DNA of 34,962 nucleotides from Octopus bimaculoides. Its lineage: Eukaryota. The position numbers and the translations under genes are program-made. The notes under the pieces are model-generated. The model was given only the letters and a program-made list of their open reading frames with translations. It had not been told where the DNA came from and did no database searches. The stretch lies in assembly GCF_001194135.2 (NCBI RefSeq), contig NC_068993.1, forward strand, positions 24,825,390 through 24,860,351, in the 5' to 3' direction. Positions 23,979-33,568 of this stretch are shown in pieces. Position 1 is the stretch's first letter. Each line of letters starts with the position of its first letter.

Positions 23979-24006
23979 TACTACTACTACTACTGCGGCT
24001 TCCTAT

Positions 24007-24075
24007 ACTACTACAGCCAATCAACTACTACTACAGCCAATCAACTACTACTACAGCCAATCAACTACTACTACA
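24007..24075. repeat. 20-bp tandem repeat x3 (CTACAGCCAATCAACTACTA) in the PLE upstream region
   Basis: Perfect period 20 within an (ACT)n-rich tract; CCAAT at 24017, 24037 and 24057. Confidence 0.92.
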
Positions 24076-24292
24076 ACTCTACTACTTCAACCAACGGTCT
24101 CTGCTACTGCTGCTATTACGGTCAGTGGTTACTCCGCTACTCACCACTACCAACACTGTCACTACTACTACTACAGCCAACGATTCTAGTCAACGCACAA
24201 GACAGCCATTATGTTCCCACACATAAAACGCTACCACGTGGACTCTGTTGAGATAATTATGAACTTTTCTTTCATTTTACTTTTAAAAATAT

Positions 24293-24345
24293 ATATTTTT
24301 GATAAGGTTCATTTTTTTCAAGAAGAACCGAAACATGTAAAATAT
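24293..24345 (+). ncRNA. Minimal type-I hammerhead ribozyme, U3-A8 core variant
   Basis: Stem I ATATTT/AAATAT; core TTGATAA; stem II GGTTC/GAACC; GAA; palindromic stem III ACATGT; GUA cleavage triplet. Confidence 0.78.
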
Positions 24346-24574
24346 CTCTGAGAAAATTAAAATTAAAATTATCTGATATATATATATATGCATTGATGTA
24401 TTTATGTATATATGTGTGTATATGTGTGCATTGAAATATATATATGTATATATAGATATATGTTTACATGTAAGCGTGTGTGGTAGATGGAAGCTAAAAC
24501 AATAGATTGTTTTGTATTGATATTATTTGGGTTTTGATGTATGTATACAATTTATTTTACACCTAGCTAAATTT

Positions 24575-24788
24575 TACACCACGCCATCGATATTATCCAA
24601 GAGAAAGACAAAGGTCAATACAGCTTGGTACCAGTGACGTCACAACTCATTTCTACAGCTAAGTGAACTGGAGCAACGTGAAATAAAGTGTCTTGCCCAA
24701 TAATGCAACGCACAGTCCGGTCCGAAAATCGAACTCATTACCTATTGATTGTGAGCGCAGCGCTCAAACCTCTGAGCCATGCACCTTC
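24575..24788 (-). mobile_element. tRNA-derived SINE family D, 5' part
   Basis: Minus strand GAAGGTGCATGGCTCAGAGG (A box)..GAGTTCGATTTTCGG (B box)..GGGCAAGACACTTTATTTCACGTTGCTCCAG. Confidence 0.8.
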
Positions 24789-24819
24789 AGATGCATACAC
24801 GCATGCACACACACACACA

Positions 24820-24858
<39 letters not shown>

Positions 24859-25219
24859 TTTAATCTAATCTCTTTACATGATTTCCTCTCGTGCATTTAC
24901 AGTATATTCAAGAACGAAATGCTTGCTTAATGAGTTTGATTTTTCTAAAAGTCATGCTTTCTATGTACTTTGTATTACGTTTAACTTATCATCTGTAAAT
25001 ACATACAGAACTAATCTTTTGATTATAATATATTCAATATTATATAACATGTGTCACACATTATACAAATAATTATTAAATGAATCAATAATTATTAACT
25101 AAAATACTAATTAAGTGCAAAAGTAAAGATAATTATCGAAATAATTAGACGACTTAGCGTTAAATATGGGAGCCTGTATGAAAGAAATCAAAGGATGAGA
25201 TTCCTCCTCCTATTGTGTG

Positions 25220-27250
25220 TATTTCGCTGTCATCAGAGCCAAATTCCAAACAACTATTTGCCTAAAGTTGAGGTCCAAATTTCACTACCAGTGTTCTCTT
25301 GATTCTTGATGAAGAACGGTCATCAGTTCCAAATATCACAGAGCAAGAAATGTCACTGGTTTCACCAAAAAGAAAACCAAGATTGGTTGAATGACAACAG
25401 ATATAAAATCAACAAGCTCACCAAGTGAAAGTGAGCAGATCGGATCTTACGCAAGCAAAACACAAGACCAAGACCTAAAATGATCTGTTATCAAAAACTC
25501 AAATACAAATGTCAAACATAAGCAATTACAGTGCATTTGGTAGCAACAAAAAGTATTAGAATTTCAGAACTATGCATATGCCGAGATCTTCAAAGCTTCA
25601 TCACTGGAACGAAGAATATGTTTAGCCCAGTAGAAACATCAACGGGCAGCGTTTTAGCAGTAGACAACACCAATATCCTGACGGATCCACAAGATAACCT
25701 CGAGCACAGGAAAAACATTTTCTTCGCTGCTGAAACGGAAATCAATAGTGGAAGATTCCTTGAGAAATGCCATCATCGTCTCGAATAGCTGTGGATGAAT
25801 AGAATGTACAGTCATCATTTCAATAGTTTGAAAATGCCATGAACCATTTTAAGCGACGAAAATCCCTTGGACCAGACAAGATCGCCTTTGAATTGCTAAA
25901 AGAATTACTAAAACATGGGAGACAACAACTTAAAACTATCCTTTTCTCTCTGGTTCTGAAAATATGGAAAGACTATCGAGTTCCAAGTATTTAAACATGC
26001 AGTTATTATCAGAATTTTCAAGAAAGAAGGTTGAAAACCTAATAGAAATTCTCTCAGAATATCATTCCTATACACTGCAGGAAAAAAACATTTGCAAAAC
26101 ACCTTCTAAAACATCTGTTCACTGCGGAGAAAGTTCTTCCTAAATCTCAATGAAGGTTTTGTTCCTCTCATGACATAACTGACATGATTTGTGTACAATA
26201 CAACTTCAGGAGAAAACAAAAGACAACTCTTCTCTGTTTTCTACGAGCTAGAAAAAACTTTTGACTGTGTACTAAGTGATGCGATATGGATGGTTCTTCA
26301 AGGTTTTTGCTGCTCAAACTTTCTTCACTGGTTCGAGTACTGCCTGATAGTAAGTCAGATTGTGTTTTCCAATGAAAAAAACCTTCTAAGCAGTTCCTTA
26401 TTACCTGTGGATTAAAGTAGGATTGTACTCTTTCATTTATACTCTTTTGTTTGTGATTCTCTTCCCCTTTTATCTGTGATTCTCTTTGAACTACCCCTAA
26501 ACACTCCAAATGTTGACATTAAACACCTTTTTTGGCAGTGGACTATTTAACAGGGCTATATTTCGATCTCGTTGACTTGCCAACATCATCACATCTCAGA
26601 ATTCCAATGTATAACAATGCTACTCTCTGCCGCACACAAAACTTCAGAGAACAGTCAACAACTTCACCAGTACATATGATCGTTTGAGCCTCAGTGAATA
26701 TCAACAACACTGAAGATCAACCTTAATGATTTTAACATCACCGTCTCTAATACACCACTTTCCCTATCTTAAAAGTATCTTTTCCAACAAATATAGTTCC
26801 GAAATGGATGTAGAACACAGAATTGGATTAGCAATTCAACATTTGTAAAATTTGCAAACGAGCCTTTTTAAACAAACATATAACTTTAACAGATCAAGCT
26901 GTCGTCATTTCAACCTTATTAAACGACCAGTAAACATAAATTGTAGGGTCGACAAAGAGCTGGAATGCTTCAATCAAACGTTAACAACATAACCAGTGAT
27001 GCGGACTTTAAAAAGACCAACAGTCAAAGAATGGAATCATCTATGCTGAAATACCAGCTATAGTGGCTAGAACATGTACAAAAATTCCTTTCAATTAATA
27101 AATCACCAAGGAAAAAAATTACAGTAATGTCCTTTCCGCCATTACAAGACCACCTAAAGTGAACTATCAAAATAGCTAGAATTGAGACAAGAACGTAGGA
27201 AGCTAAAACCCAGCTTGACTGCAACTGGCATTTCTCTAAAACCACCATTG
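25220..27250 (+). mobile_element. Highly degenerate RTE/RTE-X LINE fragment
   Basis: DWLNDN, AMNHFKRRKSLGPDKIAFELLK, IFKKEG, VLPKSQ..DMI..LQEK, ELEKTFDCV, FPYL, KYQL*WLEHV; no intact ORF. Confidence 0.8.
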
Positions 27251-27284
27251 TGTGTGTGCGTGTGAGCATGTGTGTATTCTATTA

Positions 27285-27285
<1 letters not shown>

Positions 27286-27382
<97 letters not shown>

Positions 27383-27415
27383 GGACGGACGGACGGACGG
27401 ACAGACAGACAGACA
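27286..27415. repeat. Compound (GATA)n(GACA)n(GACG)n(GACA)n microsatellite
   Basis: Directly visible. Confidence 0.95.
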
Positions 27416-27784
27416 ATGTATATACACAAATGAAAGTATACATGAATTTATGAATACATATAAATGTATTCGCATATGTATTCATGCAATAATAGCTGAA
27501 TGCTGGAAGACAAATGTCGACACCATATCTTCCAGCAACAGATAACACTAGAAGCTAAATGACTTCAGCATTAAATAGTATATCAGCCTTAATTTATCAT
27601 TAGATTAAAATTCCGTTACTGTGAGAGAATTGCACTCCCAAAACGGCGACTATTAACGTTGCATTAATGCATCATATACAATAGTACACTGTGCTTGTAA
27701 GTTATATATGTGTGTGTATATCTTGTGTATGCATGTGAGTGGGCGCACGCGCGTAGATGATCTGTATCTTGTATACGTATGTGT

Positions 27785-27821
<37 letters not shown>

Positions 27822-28232
27822 CTGTGGATGGTTGTCCTATGTAAACAGAATTTGAATGTGTAAGTATATGTACAAAATCAATAAGCATATGCATAAAACA
27901 ATATATTAACGGTATTTGTGTGCGCGCGTGCGTCGTGTGCATACATGCAAAGATAGATTTACAACTGGCAGAAAATAACACCCGACGAATGTCTCGAAAG
28001 TTAAATACTTGTATTAACATTTAACTCAGACCTGAGTCTAACTATCAGTACAACTNNNNNNNNNNNNNNNNNNNNNNNNNNNNNNNNNNNNNNNNNNNNN
28101 NNNNNNNNNNNNNNNNNNNNNNNNNNNNNNNNNNNNNNNNNNNNNNNNNNNNNNNNNNNNNNNNNNNNNNNNNNNNNNNNNNNNNNNNNNNNNNNNNNNN
28201 NNNNNNNNNNNNNNNNNNNTATATATATATAT

Positions 28233-28816
28233 ATTGAAACGACATACTGTATTGCTTGGCAATCACAACAGGAGCTCCAATACGATCATTTCAGAATATT
28301 TGGGTGTCAGTCTGAGGACAGTGCAGAGGATTCGGAAAGAGTTGGATTAAACATCCAGTCAACATCATGGTGGTTGGAGTGATCACTACTGATGGCGACG
28401 TTATGCCTCCATTCATCTTCCCACACGGCCTACATCGAGTGTCTGGAGGAGGTAGTGCTGCCCTGGGTCAACAGTGTGGCTGCTGGAAGACCCTATATCT
28501 GGCAGCAGGACTCTTCAACATGCCAGGGGCCCAGTTGAGGGAGAGACCAACAAAACTCCTTGTAACACCAAGGATGAATTAAGGGCAAGGATTATAGCAG
28601 CATTCACCAACTTAAGCAAAGAGACTATCCAGAAGAGTTGCAGCAGATTCCGAAGCCGACTGGAGGCTGTAGTTGAAGACAATGGCGATTTTATTGAATA
28701 AATTTACTCTTTAGTATTTGAAGATATTTTTATATAATTCTGGTGAATATATCTATTAAAATGAGATGTCAGTGTTTCATTTTTTGCGTAAGTTAGAAAA
28801 CTTATTCACCGCACCT
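28233..28816 (+). mobile_element. Deleted Tc1/mariner remnant, maT (DD37D)-like
   Basis: KHPVNIMVVGVITTDGDVMPPFIFPHG, EEVVLPWV..GRPYIWQQDS, FRSRLEAVVEDNGDFIE*; 5' end lost in the gap. Confidence 0.8.
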
Positions 28817-29374
28817 TATATATATATATATATATATNNNNNNNNNNNNNNNNNNNNNNNNNNNNNNNNNNNNNNNNNNNNNNNNNNNNNNNNNNNNNNN
28901 NNNNNNNNNNNNNNNNNNNNNNNNNNNNNNNNNNNNNNNNNNNNNNNNNNNNNNNNNNNNNNNNNNNNNNNNNNNNNNNNNNNNNNNNNNNNNNNNNNNN
29001 NNNNNNNNNNNNNNNNNNNNNNNNNNNNNNNNNNNNNNNNNNNNNNNNNNNNNNNNNNNNNNNNNNNNNNNNNNNNNNNNNNNNNNNNNNNNNNNNNNNN
29101 NNNNNNNNNNNNNNNNNNNNNNNNNNNNNNNNNNNNNNNNNNNNNNNNNNNNNNNNNNNNNNNNNNNNNNNNNNNNNNNNNNNNNNNNNNNNNNNNNNNN
29201 NNNNNNTATATATATATATATATATATATTTATTTATTTATATAGATATTGTTATTGTTAATATTATCTGCGGTAAATATAAATAGTTGATAATAAAAAC
29301 AACAATAATATAGATGGTTGCAGGCCTTAAATAGCATTAGATAGCTATAGAATAAGAATTTATATTTATCATAG

Positions 29375-29668
29375 GGGCACACAAGGAGCCTACCTGCTAG
29401 AAAGAGGAGTTAAAACTTTCGGTTGAGCAACCAATAACACTGAAAAATTTCAACAGAAAAACAACAGTAGTCGGGTGAACGGGTTAAAGTATTTTAACAT
29501 TCCAAGACAGCTCAATGTTATATATTTTGGTATTTGGATACACTTACATCATGATTTCGAGTTCTGGCGAAAAGCCCTAACTTTCGTCAGCAAGTTTTAC
29601 CAAGTGAAAAAGATTTCACCTCGTTACGTTGAAGTTTGCCGGCGTTCTGAATTGTTTTGTGCCAAAAT
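29375..29668 (-). mobile_element. ~290-bp hammerhead-containing module (PLE pLTR-like), inverted copy
   Basis: Homologous to 33216-33503; exact anchors CAATTCAGAACGCC and TCGAAATCATGAT, near-exact TTTCTAGCARGTAGGC. Confidence 0.75.
29542..29595 (-). ncRNA. Minimal hammerhead motif, probably inactivated (G at position 17)
   Basis: ACTTG-CTGACGA-AAGTT..AACTC-GAA-ATCATGAT-G-TAAGT. Confidence 0.65.
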
Positions 29669-30131
29669 CAGAACAGCTTCAGTGTAAATATACTAATAAA
29701 GAGTAAATATTCAGTAGTGAATAATTATATAGATATTATTATTGTTATAATTATCTGCAGTAAATATAAATAGTTGATAATAATAAGGCCTGCAACCACC
29801 TATATTATTGCTGATGTTATATACTCGTATGGATATATCTTTTATATAACTTGTATGATGAACTTCCTGAAATTAGGGATGAGTTATATAGGAACGATGC
29901 ACTTTTTGTCATCTAAAATACATCTAATATAAATTGGAATTATATAAGAAAATATTGTAGAAGTTTTTTTAAAAGATATGGACTCTCTATTTCTATTGAA
30001 AAAGGTAATTACTCAGTAAACTTTTTGGATATTAATTTTGACCTTGTAACCGGTAAGCATGAACCTTTCCACAAATCTACATTAATTTCCTAAGTAATCA
30101 CCCAAGTTCAAATAAAAACGTTCTAATTTCT

Positions 30132-30505
30132 TCACTGCTGCTTAAGTCTCTCTGTGAGATTTATAATTAGATCATTTCTAATTTTTGTAATCAGTGAATG
30201 TGTTTCACTAGAAATATATATGTTTGTGAGAGCTTGACAAGCATCTTCAGCCACCTGGTCGTGCTACTTCAGGCTAATGACGAGAAAAGACTCAGAGACA
30301 TGTCCCTGAATGCAGGCTAGGCTCATAACATAAGGACACAGGAAATGTGTCAAGGCCGACAGGAAGCGGTCCAGCTTCTTAGGGCTAAATAGCAGCAGTA
30401 TGATTCCCTTATTGGGACTGTCACGTTAAGTTGACAGTATACAACTGCTTTATCGTAACATTGCTGCATAAGTCTCTCTCTGTGATTAGATCAATTCTAA
30501 TTTCT
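30132..30505 (+). mobile_element. 374-bp terminally redundant insertion with one hammerhead (retrozyme-like), inside the PLE RT
   Basis: TTCTAATTTCT duplicated (30121-30131, 30495-30505); removing it restores HPSSNKNVLISNVGKRIS in frame; direct repeats at 30133-30184 and 30459-30503. Confidence 0.75.
30268..30310 (+). ncRNA. Degenerate minimal hammerhead (G5A, A14G)
   Basis: TTCAGG-CTAATGA-CGAG AAAAGA CTCA-GAG-ACATGT-C-CCTGAA; stem I perfect, stem III palindromic, GUC triplet. Confidence 0.65.
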
Positions 30506-32299
30506 AATGTAGGGAAAAGAATATCCTATTTATCATCTAATGAAGGGATTTTTATGAAACATGCAGATTATTATAATATAGCTCTAGCTAAAGCAGGATA
30601 TAGAGATAAGATAAAGTACCATCGACCCGATGATAAAAATATATGATAGAATTTATTATACGACAAGGCTAGAAACTGGAAACAATAGTAATTCGATTAA
30701 AACTAAATCTACAAGTAGAATTAAACAGAGAATTAATAAAACAACTAATAATAAAGTAATATGAAGTAATGATAATAAGCTTGAAATAAATAAACATCAA
30801 CTTAGAAATATAGATCATAATATACAAAAACAAATATTAAATTAGCTTATGAACCTATGATAAATAACGCGCAATTTAAAAATAATTATCAATATTCTTA
30901 TAGTGACAAATACGTAAATAATAAAGCAGATAAAAATAAATCTGTAATTAACTTGAATACTTATCTCTTGATAATTCTTATGATATTAGTAATAGCAAAA
31001 ATAAACTATATACCCCTTTCATAAACTTTACTAAATCGAAAATGGATTATAAATACAATAAAAACAATGCTGAGTAATCTAATATTTGGTTTATTATTCC
31101 GCATGCAATGCAAATTAAAAATAATTTATTCAAATTTATATACAGGTCTATTTATAAACATTTAAATAAAGATAATAAATATAGTGAAATTATTAATTAG
31201 AGATATTTCAGAGTTGGTTATAGTTTAACTCGTAATCTGTTCAGAATTATATCATCTGTTGATAACAAAAAATCGAATAATTTCTACAGTAATAGAAATA
31301 TTATATCTAATAATTCTTCACAACACCAACATGATTCCTCAAGCCTTAATAATAACGTTAACGGTCATACATACCTTAATGATAGAAGGGAAATAACCCA
31401 TATTAACTCCCTTCTTAGCAATACTTCAAACAAATCTAAACTTAGGGATGTAAACAAAAACCTGTGACTGTAAAGTTAAAATTAATTGTAAATTTTGAAA
31501 TTTATGTAAGAAAGATAACTTAGTTTACCAATGTATTATAGAATCACAGGGAAAGAAATTGTATTATATAGGGTCAACCGAAAATTAATATTAGGGTTGC
31601 TAACAATTTACATGGCTTTAAAAAAGACAAAAAAGGAACTCTAATGGACTATGCAAGTTTATATGGGAATTAAAAGATTAAACATTGAATTTAATCTAAG
31701 ATGGAAATTTGTTAGTTTTACTAAATCATACAGAATCTCAAATAAACGCTGTGAGTTGTGCACTAAGGAGGCCTGCCGAATTTTTACATCTAAGAACCCT
31801 CTCCTCAACTCAAGAAATGAAAAATTTAATCTTGTGTTCATTCCGCAAAATATGTTTTTACTAAATTTAATTAAACTATAAACTTATAGAGTAGTATAAA
31901 ATTATATAATATAAGATTCATATGATATCTTCTATAATTATAACATACTGTAAATTTAATATCGTTTATTAGATAACATAAAAATTAAATAAATTATATT
32001 TAATACGCATTTTACCTATTGATAAAATAGATTAAAATTAAATTAATATGTACCTTTTTATTGGAAGAATTTTCTGAATCCATTGAGGTCATAAGTTTTG
32101 GTAATGTAATAAGCTTAATCTATATCCATACCTAACCGAATAATATTGAATATATCTCTTATAATACATAATAAATTTTAATTTATTATCTTACATTAAT
32201 AAAAATTCTAAACACTAATTAATAATACTTATTAATTAATTAATTAATAGTGATAGAACTTAATTCTTATGTATTAAAATCATTTCGTAACTATTTCTA

Positions 32300-32395
32300 A
32301 AAACACCAATTGTGATGACGTTATGCGCCGGATTCTCTATCTATAGCTAATATAAACGACAATTCGGTGTGTTGCGTCATCATAATTGATGTTTT
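32300..32395 (+). other. Long imperfect hairpin (~33-bp stem, 30-nt loop)
   Basis: AAAACACCAATTGTGATGACGTTATGCGCCGGA pairs with TTCGGTGTGTTGCGTCATCATAATTGATGTTTT. Confidence 0.7.
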
Positions 32396-32735
32396 CTTGG
32401 ATATAAAAAACATGAATTTGATCGTAAGCTTATACAGTAGCTATTAATGTAAATTAATATAGATTATAGATAATATTAATTAAATATAGATTATATTAAT
32501 ACTATTCATAATTTAATTTCAGAAATAAATTAATAAATAATCGGATATTTCTATTTGTAACTCTACAGTCAATATTATAAATATTAATGAATATAAACAT
32601 ACATGTACATACATACACAGATCGCATTACATAAATAAATTAGACCACAGCACCAATTAAATTATAAATTAATTAAAACCAGATACTATAGAGTTGAATG
32701 TTATAATGAACGCACACACGTAAACACACACACAC

Positions 32736-32798
<63 letters not shown>

Positions 32799-33127
32799 TG
32801 TGTGTGTGTGTGTGTGTGCGTGTGTGTGTGTGTGTGTGTGTTTGTGTGCATGATAGTAACAATAAACCTTTTATTGTCATATAATTACGCACACACGCAT
32901 AAAGTGACAAGCCATTGTGATTTGATATCTTTTTTTTGAAACGCATACACACTTGTATGCAAATTCAAATTACATTAACCAGGGGCATTGATATCAATAG
33001 CGTTCGTATATAGTTTTTCTTATATATGTGTGTGTGTGTATACATGTATATGTGTATATATGTATATATGTGTACATGTATTTATGTATATACTTTTACA
33101 TATGTCTGTATGCACATGTGTATTATA

Positions 33128-33130
33128 GAC

Positions 33131-33215
<85 letters not shown>
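33128..33215. repeat. (GATA)n microsatellite
   Basis: Directly visible. Confidence 0.95.
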
Positions 33216-33503
33216 CTGGTGCGGGACAATTCAGAACGCCTCGGATTCCAACGAAGCAAGTTCGTTTTCCATACGGTGATGCTTGCTGGGGAGAATAAAG
33301 GCCGTAGCTAGAATTCGAAATCATGATCCGGGTATATCCGATTCTTTATTCTATATCTTTAAGCTGTGATTATTTTGTTTAATCTTTATTCGCTTGCCCG
33401 ATTTCTGTTGATCCGTTTGTATTTCAGTGTAATTTGGTGGTTTTAGTTGAGGATTTAGCTCCACTTTCTAGCAAGTAGGCGCCTCGTGTGTCCATATATA
33501 TGT
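33216..33503 (+). mobile_element. ~290-bp hammerhead-containing module (PLE pLTR-like), plus-strand copy
   Basis: Homologous to the reverse complement of 29375-29668. Confidence 0.75.
33281..33333 (+). ncRNA. Minimal hammerhead motif with an A6G core change
   Basis: GCTTG-CTGGGGA-GAAT..ATTC-GAA-ATCATGAT-C-CGGGT. Confidence 0.6.
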
Positions 33504-33510
33504 ATAATAT

Positions 33511-33560
33511 AAACCCGGAACCATGTGGTTGGCAAGCAAGCTACTTACCACACACCCACT
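33511..33560 (-). mobile_element. SINE family A head fragment
   Basis: AAACCCGGAACCATGTGGTTGGCAAGCAAGCTACTTACCACACA. Confidence 0.75.
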
Positions 33561-33568
33561 CATATATA

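Larger units (their letters stand above)
29784..31870 (+). pseudogene. 5'-truncated, decayed PLE (RT + linker + C-terminal GIY-YIG), probably Naiad-like
   Basis: LYRND (YRDD), VNFLDINFDL, SNHP..GKRISYLSSNEGIF..ALAKAGY, IWFIIP (WFNPP), CDC..C..C..LVYQ..YYIGST, KRCELC..LLNSRNE. Clade assignment is inference. Confidence 0.85.

Noticed and set aside
25215-25240. Minus-strand CTGATGA-CAGC-GAAA
   Set aside because: No room for stem II, and it lies within LINE coding remnant.
27501-27537. 10-bp hairpin TGCTGGAAGA/TCTTCCAGCA
   Set aside because: Too short for a pre-miRNA and has no supporting context.
31455-32395. Selenoprotein PLE (in-frame TGA in the Cys-rich linker plus a SECIS-like hairpin)
   Set aside because: The TGA in C-K-F-*-N-L-C is not at a Cys position, the ORF has many other lesions, and the hairpin pairs ATGAC with GTCAT by Watson-Crick rules, lacking the GA/GA SECIS core.
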